Positions 1-9,289 of a DNA stretch of 64,000 nucleotides are shown one piece after another; within the stretch, counting starts at the first letter, position 1, and every line of letters begins with the position of its first letter. A program made the translations under genes and the position numbers. The notes under the pieces were generated by a model. It saw nothing but the letters and a program-made list of their open reading frames with translations, did not search any database and was not told the DNA's origin. This DNA is from Verrucomicrobiota bacterium (GTDB taxonomy: Bacteria; Verrucomicrobiota; Verrucomicrobiia; Limisphaerales; PALSA-1396), in NCBI GenBank assembly GCA_016200005.1, contig JACQFP010000006.1, positions 216,929 through 280,928 of the forward strand, in the 5' to 3' direction.

Positions 1-1
1 G

Positions 2-85
2 GCTTTTCGCGCCCGGCGGAAATTGAGAAAACTGGCGGAGCAGTTCAAGAAGCGAGAGGAAATTTATGAATCGATTCGATCGTAA
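2..85 (+). CDS. 3' end of an upstream gene, possibly an ECF sigma-70 family C-terminus (partial at window edge)
   Basis: Frame is open from the window start to TAA at 83-85. The tail AFRARRKLRKLAEQFKKREEIYESIRS is basic and helical like sigma region 4. It is followed by an overlapping membrane ORF and an LTXXQ protein, a common sigma/anti-sigma/periplasmic-sensor triad. Too short to be sure. Confidence 0.3.
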   Translation, partial: AFRARRKLRKLAEQFKKREEIYESIRS

Positions 86-362
86 CTGGCAGGTGGGTGC
101 CGCCGCGGCGCGCAAAGCGCCCGTGCCGCCGCTGCGCGAAATCCCGTTCGGGTTCGCCACCCGTGTCGTGGCCCTGTGGCGGGCGCAGGCGCGCACGGTT
201 TCGCCGGACGTGATTTGGGAACGGTTGAGTTTGCGCGCGTTGGTTTGTGCCTCGGTTTTGCTTTTGCTGTCGCTGGCCTGGAGCAGCTCGATGTCCGCCG
301 ACGGGCAACTGCTGAAGCCGGCCTTGGAGCACACCGTTGCCGATCTCTTCTGGATGTTATGA
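66..362 (+). CDS. hypothetical single-pass membrane protein, possible anti-sigma factor
   Basis: 98-aa ORF with a hydrophobic segment (LRALVCASVLLLLSLAW). It overlaps the upstream stop region, and its own stop overlaps the next ATG (ATGA at 359-362). Confidence 0.35.
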   Translation: MNRFDRNWQVGAAAARKAPVPPLREIPFGFATRVVALWRAQARTVSPDVIWERLSLRALVCASVLLLLSLAWSSSMSADGQLLKPALEHTVADLFWML

Positions 363-763
363 GTTTGTTGAGGCATTGGAAAATCGCGCTGCTGTTGGTG
401 GCGGTCGTGGTGGTCAGCGGGACGGCGGGCGCGTTGCTGGGAATTTGTTCCACGAAACGGGCGATGCAAAAACGCCATGATCCCACCGAGTGGCACGACA
501 CCGCCATGCGCTATCTGGAATCGAAATTGAAACTGACGCCCGAGCAAAAGGACAAGGTGGAACTGGCCCTGGACCAGGCCGTGGACAAGCTCAAAGCGAC
601 GCGCATTGAAACGATCGCGGCCACGACGAAGACCATTGACGAATTCAGCGCCCAGATCGAAAAGGAACTGACGCCCGAGCAGAAGGAGATTTTTGCCAAG
701 ATCAAGGAGGAGAAAGGCAAAGCCAGCATCGACCTGCTCAAAATCGAACCCAAAAAGAAGTAA
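359..763 (+). CDS. periplasmic LTXXQ-motif protein (Spy/CpxP-like heavy-metal/stress sensor family)
   Basis: Internal ATG at 359 of ORF 176..763 gives MSLLRHWKIALLLVAVVVVSG (signal/anchor). Two LTPEQK motifs sit in a helical, K/E-rich body. Confidence 0.6.
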   Translation: MSLLRHWKIALLLVAVVVVSGTAGALLGICSTKRAMQKRHDPTEWHDTAMRYLESKLKLTPEQKDKVELALDQAVDKLKATRIETIAATTKTIDEFSAQIEKELTPEQKEIFAKIKEEKGKASIDLLKIEPKKK

Positions 764-833
764 GGTTTTGTAACCCGCCGACAATGGCAGCGTTACCATG
801 ACCGTGAGCGTCCAACTTCAACCTTCTCTTCAA

Positions 834-1445
834 ATGAAAAAATATCTTGTTGTTCTCGCCTTCACTCTTTCGATTGTGGCGGCCTTCGCCCAGGAGCAAA
901 TTGACCGCGATCAGGCCCGGAGAATTGCACAACGATTGACCGAATCTTTTGCCAAGCTCGACAATATCCAGTTCAAGATGGAAGCCGACGCCGAAAAGCC
1001 TTCCGCCTTTGCGGCGGGTGGCGGCGGCATCCTGGTGATTCCCGACAAGAAGCTGACCAAGGAATCGATGACGAAAGTCGGTGCGGAAATCCTGCCGCTC
1101 GGCCAGTTATGGATGTTGAACATCGCCCCCGCCCCGGAGGGAAAGGCGACGCCGAAAGACAAGTTGCGACTCGTCACAGTCAACGCGGAAAACGAGGAGC
1201 ACAAGCTTCCCCTCTGCCTGTTGGGCGTGCGCAAAAAGGCGGACACGCTGGAATTGGTCGTGTATGGCAAGGACAAGGAACCGTTGTTGAGCACGCCCTT
1301 GAAAAAATCGCAACTCAATCAGGAACTTCCGGTCGAATTAACCGGCGAACAGACGGGTGATGATTCTGGCGTTCTGACCATCAATGTGCTCGGCAATTAT
1401 CAAGCCACACTCAAAATGGTGAGCAAGCCGGAAGAAGAACTCTAA
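834..1445 (+). CDS. hypothetical secreted protein
   Basis: ATG at 834 gives MKKYLVVLAFTLSIVAAFAQ, a signal peptide. No recognisable catalytic motif. Confidence 0.5.
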   Translation: MKKYLVVLAFTLSIVAAFAQEQIDRDQARRIAQRLTESFAKLDNIQFKMEADAEKPSAFAAGGGGILVIPDKKLTKESMTKVGAEILPLGQLWMLNIAPAPEGKATPKDKLRLVTVNAENEEHKLPLCLLGVRKKADTLELVVYGKDKEPLLSTPLKKSQLNQELPVELTGEQTGDDSGVLTINVLGNYQATLKMVSKPEEEL

Positions 1446-1622
1446 ACGCTCAGCTTCTGGGCGACCGCCTGCGTGAAGCCCCGGGCGGGGTGAGCATCTC
1501 CAAACAGCCGCCATTATCCACGACCAGTGGCGCAACTTCCCGCGGTCCCCGCTGCCCGTCGCGGCAATCATTCCGTCGGCAGCAACGACATAAATGTGGT
1601 CCGGTCATGCCCCGGAAGAAGA

Positions 1623-1700
1623 TGGTCGGAGCGACAGGATTTGAACCTGCGACGTCTTGGTCCCAAACCAAGTGCTCTAGCCAGGCTGAGCTACGCTCCG
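1623..1700 (-). tRNA. tRNA-Pro (anticodon UGG)
   Basis: The reverse complement reads CGGAGCG-TAGCTCAGCCTGGCTAGAGC-A-CTTGG-TTTGGGA-CCAAG-ACGTC-GCAGGTTCAAATCCTGT-CGCTCCG-A-CCA. This is a full cloverleaf with the TGG anticodon in a 7-nt loop and an encoded CCA. Confidence 0.9.
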
Positions 1701-1889
1701 ATGACGGAAGCACAATACCCACAGCCGGAGTGCGCCAGCAACGACAATCTTTTGATTCGACGCGCAAATCGAACGAACGGGGAATGGCGAATACCTGGTC
1801 AGTCTTCGTGGCGAAGTGATTGTCGCACCGTGGTTGATCTGCGCCCAAAAACCTGCGCTTGAAGAAGCGCGATGCCGGATGCAAAACCA

Positions 1890-2852
1890 TCATCGATCAT
1901 CCAACTGCTGCAAGACGGCGCAGAGCGCCGCCAATCGTGGCGTAGCTACTCCGGTCCTTTGGGCGCGGCGGAAAGGTTCGTTGAAGAGACTGTTCAACTC
2001 CAACGGTTGCCCTCTTTCAAAATCAACGAGGGTCGAGGCCTTGTAAGCACCCATCGCGCGGGTGCGGGAAATCTGCGTCTCCGTGGTGCTTTCAGAAATC
2101 GCCAGGCCCAGCTTGTTGGCGGTGTCGATCACCTCCATCATCAATTCGCGAACCAGTTTTTCCCAGCGCGCATCACTCAACAAGTCTTGAGTGGTCAGAC
2201 ACGGGCCGAGCGCGCGTCCACCGGTCACCTGCCCTGTCACCACCGCGTCATAACCGGCGGCGCCGGCCACGCCGAGTCCGTTGAAGGGAATATTCCAGAC
2301 CAGTTTCTCCCAGTGCGCGCGTTCCAGATCCTCGGTCAGTTCACATGGCACACCGGCGCGACAAAACAATGCTGCCAGGTCGTGAGTGCGCGGTTGCGCG
2401 CGGCGTTGAAATTCGCCCAGGACGATCCTCCCATGCGCTGTATGCTGAATCACTCCCGGCTTGAGCCGATTCAGGCAAACGAAACAAAGTCCACCCAGAA
2501 TTTTTTCGCTACCGAACAAGGCCGCCAGTTGTTCTTCGTTGCCCAGACCGTTTTGCAACGTGACGACCGCGGTGGCCCGCCCGATCAGCGGCGGGAGCAG
2601 TCGCGCAAACTGGTCGTTCGCCGTGGTCTTCAATCCAATGAGGACCCAATCGCAGACGCCAATTTCTTCCGGAGCTTTCGCAATTAAGGGCCGAACCTGA
2701 AAGTCTCCATCCGGGCTGTGGATCAACACGCCCTGCCGTTGCACCGCTTCGTAATCCGAACGCAGCAAAAAATGAACCTGCTCTCCGGCGCGACACAGCT
2801 TTGCGCCGTAGTAACTGCCGAGGGCGCCACAACCAACCATGGCGAATTTCAT
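1890..2852 (-). CDS. panE: 2-dehydropantoate 2-reductase (ketopantoate reductase)
   Basis: MKFAMVGCGALGSYYGAKL Rossmann N-terminus and ApbA/PanE-like body. Start chosen at the internal ATG 2852 of ORF 1890..2909. Confidence 0.8.
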   Translation of the reverse strand: MKFAMVGCGALGSYYGAKLCRAGEQVHFLLRSDYEAVQRQGVLIHSPDGDFQVRPLIAKAPEEIGVCDWVLIGLKTTANDQFARLLPPLIGRATAVVTLQNGLGNEEQLAALFGSEKILGGLCFVCLNRLKPGVIQHTAHGRIVLGEFQRRAQPRTHDLAALFCRAGVPCELTEDLERAHWEKLVWNIPFNGLGVAGAAGYDAVVTGQVTGGRALGPCLTTQDLLSDARWEKLVRELMMEVIDTANKLGLAISESTTETQISRTRAMGAYKASTLVDFERGQPLELNSLFNEPFRRAQRTGVATPRLAALCAVLQQLDDR

Positions 2853-2963
2853 GCTGAAGTCGGGGAGCAAGCAGTTGTCGCCCGTGGTTCCAGGTCGCGC
2901 CCTCCCCACGAGGCTCAGGCACGATGTTCAAGCGCGAGACACGTGCCGGCTTCAATCGGCCGA

Positions 2964-2999
2964 AGCAAAAGAGGCACTCCGATGCCATCAGAGTGCCTC
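2964..2999 (-). terminator. rho-independent terminator downstream of the HU gene
   Basis: Perfect 9-bp stem GAGGCACTC (2971-2979) / GAGTGCCTC (2991-2999) with an 11-nt loop. On the minus strand it is followed by a TTTTG run. Confidence 0.55.
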
Positions 3000-3015
3000 A
3001 ATGAAAGCGGAAGAG

Positions 3016-3297
3016 TTAACTCAGGATGGCGTCCTTGGCGGCCTTGGCGACGCGGAACTTCACGACGCGCTTGGCGGGGATCTGAATCTGTTCGCCGGTA
3101 GCCGGGTTGCGTCCGATGCGGGCTTTGCGGTTGACCAACACGAGTTTGCCGATGCCGGGAAGAGTGAAAGTGTTCTTGGCGTTGCGATAGGCCATTTGGG
3201 CGAGTGATTCCAGGATCTGCACTGCCTGCTTCTTGCTCAGGCCGTTCTTCTCAGCGAGTTCTGCTGCGACTTGGGATTTTGAGAGTGCTTTTGACAT
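3016..3297 (-). CDS. hup: HU/IHF family DNA-binding protein
   Basis: 93 aa. LSKKQAVQILESL...FTLPGIGKLVLVNRKARIGRNPATGEQIQIPAKRVVKFR is the classic HU beta-arm sequence. Confidence 0.9.
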   Translation of the reverse strand: MSKALSKSQVAAELAEKNGLSKKQAVQILESLAQMAYRNAKNTFTLPGIGKLVLVNRKARIGRNPATGEQIQIPAKRVVKFRVAKAAKDAILS

Positions 3298-3495
3298 AGT
3301 TTGTTTTCAGTTGATGTTTGGTTAAGTAAAGTCGTTTGACTTGCGCGTATTAAAGCGTTTCACCCCGGCGGCGCAAGGAGAAAATGAAGAAATTCGCGCG
3401 AAGACAATTCTGCCTTCGGGCGCGTAAGGAGGGGCCAACGCCGGCCCCCAACCACAGGCTTGACTTGAACGGCCATTGCCACAACATCCACGTCA

Positions 3496-4503
3496 ATGGC
3501 TCTCTTCACGATTCAGAGCGAATTCCGCTACGATATCACGCGCGTGATTTTCGAAGGCGGCATGGGCGTGGTTTACGAAGCCGAACAACACGGCGCGCGC
3601 AACTTTGTCAAACGCGTCGCCATCAAGGTCATCCGCCAGAATTACGCCAATCAACAATCCTTCATCGAAAATTTCATCGGCGAAGCCAAGCTCGTCGCGG
3701 ACCTCATCCACACCAACATTGCGCAGACCTACCAACTGGGCGAGACGCGCGGCGTTTATTTCATCGCAATGGAACTGATTCGCGGCGCCAACTTGGAACA
3801 GTTCAGCCAGCAACTGGCCGACAAGAAACGCAAGCTGCCCAAAGAACTGGCCGTGTTCATCACCAGTCGCGTGGCGCGTGGACTGGCGTACGCCCACGCC
3901 AAGACGGACAAAGACGGCAAGCATCTGGGCATCGTCCACCGCGACGTCAGTTTCAAAAACATCATGATCGCGTTCGAGGGCGACGTGAAGCTGACCGATT
4001 TCGGCATCGCCAAGGCGCGCGGATTTCTCCAGGACAACGAAGGCGAAGTCGTGGCGGGCAAGGCCGATTTCATGAGCCCGGAGCAGGCCAATTTCCAGAT
4101 CACCGATAAACGCTCCGACATTTTTTCCGCCGGGGTTGTGCTGGCCAATCTCCTGCTCGGTCGGAATATCTTCAAAGGTCCCTCCCCGGAGGAATCCCGC
4201 CAGCGGATCATGAAACAACCCATCCCTGATTTCCGTACGCTCGACGACCGGATCGATGACCGCCTCAATGAGATTCTGCACCGCGCCCTGGCGCGCGAAC
4301 TGGATAAGCGTTACCCGGACGCCGACGAGCTGCTCTACAATCTGGAGCACTACATTTATCATCAAGGGTACGGCCCGACCAACGAGACGCTCGGCAAATT
4401 CATCCGCGAATTGTTCGGCCAGGCCGTTCCCCCGGCCGCCAACGATTCGAAAGGCAGCACCAAGTTGATGGAACACACCGCGCGCCTGGCTGCAAAAAAG
4501 TGA
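3496..4503 (+). CDS. serine/threonine protein kinase
   Basis: Hanks motifs: VAIKVI (VAIK Lys), HRDVSFKNIM (catalytic loop), LTDFGIAKA (DFG), SPEQ. Confidence 0.85.
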   Translation: MALFTIQSEFRYDITRVIFEGGMGVVYEAEQHGARNFVKRVAIKVIRQNYANQQSFIENFIGEAKLVADLIHTNIAQTYQLGETRGVYFIAMELIRGANLEQFSQQLADKKRKLPKELAVFITSRVARGLAYAHAKTDKDGKHLGIVHRDVSFKNIMIAFEGDVKLTDFGIAKARGFLQDNEGEVVAGKADFMSPEQANFQITDKRSDIFSAGVVLANLLLGRNIFKGPSPEESRQRIMKQPIPDFRTLDDRIDDRLNEILHRALARELDKRYPDADELLYNLEHYIYHQGYGPTNETLGKFIRELFGQAVPPAANDSKGSTKLMEHTARLAAKK

Positions 4504-4509
4504 ACTGCC

Positions 4510-5406
4510 ATGAAGGGTTCGCCGCGTTCCGCCATCGTCAAGCTGGGTCTCATCCAATCCGCTGCCTCCACTGACCCGGCTGCCAATCTCAAAAAAACAC
4601 TGGCCGCTGTTCAACGCGCCGCCCGGCAGGGCGCGCAAATCATTTGCACTCAGGAACTGTTTCGTTCCCAATATTTTTGTCAAAGCGAGGATCACCAGAA
4701 CTTCCGCCTGGCCGAACCGATTCCCGGACCGAGCACCGAGGCCTTTCAAAAACTTGCCCGGAAACACAAGATCGTCATCATCGCCTCGCTCTTCGAGAAA
4801 CGCGCCGCCGGCCTCTACCACAATACCGCCGTCATCATCGACGCGGACGGCGCGCTGCTCGGCAGCTATCGTAAGATGCACATTCCCGACGATCCATTGT
4901 TCTACGAAAAATTCTATTTCACACCCGGCGACCTGGGCTTTCGCGCCTGGCAGACCCGGCATGGAAAAATCGGCGTGTTGATCTGCTGGGATCAATGGTA
5001 TCCCGAAGCCGCGCGGCTCACGGCGTTGCAAGGCGCAGAGATTTTATTTTATCCCACGGCCATTGGATGGCATCCAAAAGAGAAAGCGGAATACGGCGTC
5101 CACCAGCATTCCGCCTGGGAACTGATCCAGCGCAGTCACGCCGTTGCCAACGGCTGCTACGTCGCGGTGGCCAACCGGGTCGGGTTGGAAAAGCCGGCCG
5201 GCGGCGAGGGCATCCAGTTCTGGGGACAAAGTTTTGTGGCCGGCACATCAGGCCAGATCCTGGCCAAAGCCAGCCTTGATCGAGAGGAGAACCTGATCGT
5301 TCCCATTGACCTGAACAAAGTAAACGTCACCCGCACCCACTGGCCATTCCTGCGCGACCGGCGCATTGATGCGTATGGCGACCTGACCAAACGACTGATA
5401 GATTAG
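4510..5406 (+). CDS. aguB: carbon-nitrogen hydrolase, N-carbamoylputrescine amidase-like
   Basis: Nitrilase-superfamily E-K-C triad context (CTQELF, YRKMHIPDDP, VLICWDQWYPEAAR). Overall similarity to AguB as I recall it. Confidence 0.8.
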   Translation: MKGSPRSAIVKLGLIQSAASTDPAANLKKTLAAVQRAARQGAQIICTQELFRSQYFCQSEDHQNFRLAEPIPGPSTEAFQKLARKHKIVIIASLFEKRAAGLYHNTAVIIDADGALLGSYRKMHIPDDPLFYEKFYFTPGDLGFRAWQTRHGKIGVLICWDQWYPEAARLTALQGAEILFYPTAIGWHPKEKAEYGVHQHSAWELIQRSHAVANGCYVAVANRVGLEKPAGGEGIQFWGQSFVAGTSGQILAKASLDREENLIVPIDLNKVNVTRTHWPFLRDRRIDAYGDLTKRLID

Positions 5407-5520
5407 AGCAAGTCGTTCATATCGGCTTTTTGGCTGCGTGAGGCATTGGTTTGGCCGATGGGGTGCTTGGAGCGGGCTCCCACTTTGGAGAAGCGCGCGG
5501 GTTGATATTTGTAGAATCCG

Positions 5521-6543
5521 ATGACCGGAAAAAAACTTGTTCTGATCGCGGTGTGCTTTTGGGTTGCCATCGATGCCGGCCACTTTGCGCCGTTCGAGAG
5601 CCGCGCCGCGGAAGGCACACCACGCGGTCCAGAAGGGCACGGGGTGACCACCAACCTGGTCGGCTGGTCAACCAACGGCGCGGCGGTGTTCGCGCTCCTT
5701 CAGTTGTCTTCACCGACCAACACGATCACCAACACCGTCTTTCACCATTACTTTCCGGACTCGCTGAACCACCGGATCTGGACCAACTTCGTTGCCCACA
5801 CGAACGGCAGAGATGCCCGCATCTGGTCTGTGCGGTCACTCCCGGCGGACTGGCCCACGAATGCAACAGCCCGCCGCTGGCCTGCGCCCATCGTACGATG
5901 GAACACGAATGGCTTGATGTGGGACATGAAAGGTCTGACCGCTCTCAGCCCGGTCTGGCAGGAGGCGGGCGCCGGCGGCCAGTCGCCCATCACCGCCTTG
6001 ACGAGGCGGCATGGCTACACTCGCGGGCACGGAACCGGATCACCGGGCTTCATGACCAACCGCACCGGCGAGAAGGTCTGGTTTGTCACCACGAACAATA
6101 CGCTCGTCGAGGCGACGGTGCTACGCTCCGTTGTCAGGACGACGGCGGAAAGCAATCGGGACTACATGATTCTGCTGTTCAACAAGGATCTGCCCGCCTC
6201 CATCGAGCCGCTGCGGGTGGTTGCCTTGACGAACGTGCTTGCGAAATACCCCACCTTCGGCAACGCCCCCCACCCCGTTTTCCGAACGGAACAGTTGGGC
6301 AACGTCAGCGCCGATGTGCCGGGACTTTACCTCAATACCTGGAAGGGCGGCGATTCGGGATCGCCGGACCTGCTGCCGCTACCCGGCGAACTGGTGTTCT
6401 TCGGGGGTCGCTCCACGTCCGGTCCGAGCGCCGAGATGCAGGCCGACATGGACGCCCTTTGCGCAAAGGCAGGGTTGAACAAAGCCAAATACCAACTACA
6501 GTGGGTTGATCTGTCAGGCTATCCGTCCTACACACCCCGCTGA
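5521..6543 (+). CDS. secreted protein with trypsin-like (S1-type) serine protease motifs
   Basis: Signal peptide MTGKKLVLIAVCFWVAIDA. Candidate triad contexts are ITALTRRHGY (His), NRDYMILLFNKDLP (Asp) and WKGGDSGSPDLL (GDSGxP Ser). Confidence 0.5.
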   Translation: MTGKKLVLIAVCFWVAIDAGHFAPFESRAAEGTPRGPEGHGVTTNLVGWSTNGAAVFALLQLSSPTNTITNTVFHHYFPDSLNHRIWTNFVAHTNGRDARIWSVRSLPADWPTNATARRWPAPIVRWNTNGLMWDMKGLTALSPVWQEAGAGGQSPITALTRRHGYTRGHGTGSPGFMTNRTGEKVWFVTTNNTLVEATVLRSVVRTTAESNRDYMILLFNKDLPASIEPLRVVALTNVLAKYPTFGNAPHPVFRTEQLGNVSADVPGLYLNTWKGGDSGSPDLLPLPGELVFFGGRSTSGPSAEMQADMDALCAKAGLNKAKYQLQWVDLSGYPSYTPR

Positions 6544-6626
6544 AGCCACGGAAATCACTGCGGTCAAAATCGTAACGCGATCGACGATTGACCAGCGTTT
6601 CACATGAGGTCAAAATTATTGACGCG

Positions 6627-8111
6627 ATGCGTCTCCCGAATCCAATTCGCTGGTTGGCAACCGCGGTCAGCTTCGTCAGCTTGTTTCTTCTCACAAGCCA
6701 CGCCGCTGGGAACAAACCCAATCGCCCGAACATTCTCTGGCTCATCGCGGAGGATTTTTCTCCCGACCTCGGCTGTTACGGCGCCAAACAAGTCTGGTCG
6801 CCCAACCTCGACCGGCTCGCATCTCAAGGCATGCGCTACACACGGGCGTTCACGACTGCGCCGGTCTGCTCCGCCAGCCGCTCGGCCTTCATCACGGGCA
6901 TGTATCAAACCACCATCGGCGCCCATCATCATCGCTCGCATCGCGACGACGGTTATCGGCTGCCCGACGGCGTGAAGGTGATCAGCGATTGGATGCGCGA
7001 GGCAGGTTACTTCACGGCGAACGTTCGCAAGCTGCCCGCGAGTTGCGGCTTCGACGGCACGGCCAAGACAGATTGGAACTTCACTTATTTTGGAAAGCCT
7101 TTCGATTCGGAGAGTTGGGTGGATCTGAAACCGCGCCAGCCATTCTACGCCCAAATCAATTTTCAGGAGACGCATCGCAAGTTTCACGCGCCCAAACGCG
7201 CCGACCCCGACAAAGTGGACGTGCCGCCGATTTATCCCGATCATCCCGTCACACGCGCCGATTGGGCCGCCTACCTCGATGCCGCCAGCGAACTCGACCG
7301 CAAGATTGGGCTGGTGCTCCAGCAACTTGAGGCCGATGGACTGGCTGACGACACCATCGTGCTCTTCATGGCCGACCACGGCCAATGTCACGTCCGTGGC
7401 AAACAATTTTGCTACGACGACGGCCTGCGCATCCCGCTCATCATCCGCTGGGCGAAACATTTTCCCGCACCCAAACAATTTACAGTCGGCGGCGTGAGCG
7501 ACCAACTCCTCGAGGCCATCGACTTCACGCCAACGTTTCTCGACGTGGCCGGCCACGCGAAGCCCCCCAAGATGCAGGGCCGCATTTTCCTTGGCGACCA
7601 CGCCGAACCGCCGCGCGAGGCCGTCTTCGGCGCACGCGACCGCTGCGACGAGACGATGTTCCGCTTCCGCACCGTGCGCGACGCGCGCTATCGCTACATC
7701 CGCAACTTCATGCCGGAACGGCCGTTCCTGCAAAAGAACGATTACAAAGAGCGCAGTTACCCAGTTTGGAATCTGATCAAGGAACTCGGCGCGGAGGGAA
7801 AACTGACCGAATGGCAGAAGAACTTCTATCTCGCGCCCTCGATGCCGCCGGAAGAACTTTACGACCTGGACGCCGATCCTTGGGCGATGAACAACCTCGC
7901 CGAATCGCCGCAGCCCGATCACATGGCCGCCCTCGAGCGGCTTCGCTCCGTGTTGCAAAAATGGATCGCCGAGTCCAACGACCAAGGACGCTTCGCCGAA
8001 CCGCCCGATGTGACCGCGCGCAAAGGCCTCACCAAACTGGGAGGCAACGCAAGCCAACAAGCCATCATCGACGAAACCGAACCGGGGAAACCAGCCAAGG
8101 AAAAGCCATAA
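6627..8111 (+). CDS. formylglycine-dependent sulfatase (arylsulfatase family)
   Basis: NILWLIAEDFSPDLGCYG, then the CSASRSAFITG (C-x-A-x-R) formylglycine motif. Signal peptide follows the ATG at 6627. Confidence 0.9.
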   Translation: MRLPNPIRWLATAVSFVSLFLLTSHAAGNKPNRPNILWLIAEDFSPDLGCYGAKQVWSPNLDRLASQGMRYTRAFTTAPVCSASRSAFITGMYQTTIGAHHHRSHRDDGYRLPDGVKVISDWMREAGYFTANVRKLPASCGFDGTAKTDWNFTYFGKPFDSESWVDLKPRQPFYAQINFQETHRKFHAPKRADPDKVDVPPIYPDHPVTRADWAAYLDAASELDRKIGLVLQQLEADGLADDTIVLFMADHGQCHVRGKQFCYDDGLRIPLIIRWAKHFPAPKQFTVGGVSDQLLEAIDFTPTFLDVAGHAKPPKMQGRIFLGDHAEPPREAVFGARDRCDETMFRFRTVRDARYRYIRNFMPERPFLQKNDYKERSYPVWNLIKELGAEGKLTEWQKNFYLAPSMPPEELYDLDADPWAMNNLAESPQPDHMAALERLRSVLQKWIAESNDQGRFAEPPDVTARKGLTKLGGNASQQAIIDETEPGKPAKEKP

Positions 8112-8140
8112 GCTTGGCGTGCGTCATCGCCCGCGCTCGC

Positions 8141-9085
8141 TCATCGGCCTTTTCGCAAAACGATGTAGAGATTGTCCGCCAGGTTCATCGTCGCCAGCAT
8201 TCTTTCAGTTGCCGAGTATAGCCACTTGATCGGCTTGAGCCACGGATTCTGTTTGTAAGCCGTCGTCCGTTTCAACAGCCGCGCGCGGTCTTCCTCAGCC
8301 ACTCGCTCTGCTCCTCCCCGAAAATCCTGCGCAATGACCAGCGGATTGAAGTGCGATGAGCCTTGCGCAACGATCTCGAATACCGATTCACACGCCGCAA
8401 ACTTTCTAAGCGTCTGGACTGTGAAGTAATTCACGTGATCGGGCATGAGGTAACGGTATTTTGCGCCCAACAAGCGCACTGCCAGCGACCGCAGATTCGG
8501 CACAAGGACGAAACAATAGCCGCCCGGTTTCAGAAGCGATGCGGCCTTCGTCAAAAACAGTTTCGGTTCAACCAGATGTTCCATCACCGCCCAGAATGTG
8601 ACGGCGTCGAAGCGCGCCGTTCCAAACTCGTGATCCAGGAATAAACCGCGGATAACGTTGATCCCCTTTTGCTCCGCATAATCCAGCGCGTCGCTCGTCA
8701 CGTCCGTCCCCGTCACTTCATAAGTTTGGGAAAACCTGCTCTTGAGTTGAAACAGGAATGCGCCCGTAGAACAACCGACGTCCAACACTTCGCCGCCTGG
8801 ACAAAATCTCCGGAACAGCCGCAACTCCCTTTCGAACCGCACCGGCGCGTAATCACTCTCCAATTTGTCCGGTGCAAGATAGAACGGCGTTCCTAATCGG
8901 TCGTAGAATTTTCCCGAAGCCAGTTCTGCGTCCACGGGATTCGCATAAATCATCGAACAGTCGCGGCAGCGAACCAATTGCAGTGAAGCCTTTTTCAGAA
9001 ACGACACAGCATTGTCCCGTTCGCACAAGGGACACGCTCGGCGGATTTCCGGGTTGGCCATGGCGCGAAGATAGTTAGCCGACAA
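8141..9085 (-). CDS. class I SAM-dependent methyltransferase with N-terminal zinc ribbon
   Basis: CPLCERDN...RCRDCSMIY (4-Cys ribbon) and VLDVGCSTGAF (motif I). The start may be the ATG at 9061. Confidence 0.75.
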   Translation of the reverse strand: MSANYLRAMANPEIRRACPLCERDNAVSFLKKASLQLVRCRDCSMIYANPVDAELASGKFYDRLGTPFYLAPDKLESDYAPVRFERELRLFRRFCPGGEVLDVGCSTGAFLFQLKSRFSQTYEVTGTDVTSDALDYAEQKGINVIRGLFLDHEFGTARFDAVTFWAVMEHLVEPKLFLTKAASLLKPGGYCFVLVPNLRSLAVRLLGAKYRYLMPDHVNYFTVQTLRKFAACESVFEIVAQGSSHFNPLVIAQDFRGGAERVAEEDRARLLKRTTAYKQNPWLKPIKWLYSATERMLATMNLADNLYIVLRKGR

Positions 9086-9143
9086 TTTCTTGTCGAATCC
9101 GCTTTCCGTTTTGATGGACCGGACGGATGGCTAAAAGAATCCG

Positions 9144-9228
9144 CCTGACCGGACCCACCCCAACCCCTCCAAGGAGGGGAGAACTGTTCAGCGCGCGCTG
9201 ACGCAGTTCCCCTCTTGGGAGGGGGTAG
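9144..9228. repeat. double-hairpin palindromic intergenic repeat, family B copy 1
   Basis: CCCACCCCAACCCCTCCAAGGAGGGGAG ... CTCCCCTCTTGGGAGGGGGTAGGGGTGGG. The arms are mutually inverted and each arm is itself a small hairpin. Related copies at 33310, 60560 and 61930. Confidence 0.8.
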
Positions 9229-9289
9229 GGGTGGGTTCCGTCTGCAGAAATGTATTTTGACAGTCGGTTTGGTTTCATAAACTACGCCT

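Noticed and set aside
3384-4109. 241-aa plus-strand ORF overlapping the kinase start
   Set aside because: It is extremely Arg/His/Gln-rich out-of-frame sequence. The in-frame kinase ORF carries Hanks motifs.
3493-5031. 512-aa minus-strand ORF spanning the kinase and aguB genes
   Set aside because: It is antisense to two ORFs with clear catalytic motifs. Its composition (Gly/Ala/Arg/Val-rich, no motifs) is typical of shadow ORFs in high-GC DNA.
5451-6509. 352-aa plus-strand ORF in an alternative frame to 5521..6543
   Set aside because: It is Arg/Gly-rich with no signal peptide or motif. The competing frame has a signal peptide and a GDSGxP motif.
6600-8060. 486-aa minus-strand ORF
   Set aside because: It is antisense to the sulfatase gene, which has an unambiguous CxAxR formylglycine motif.
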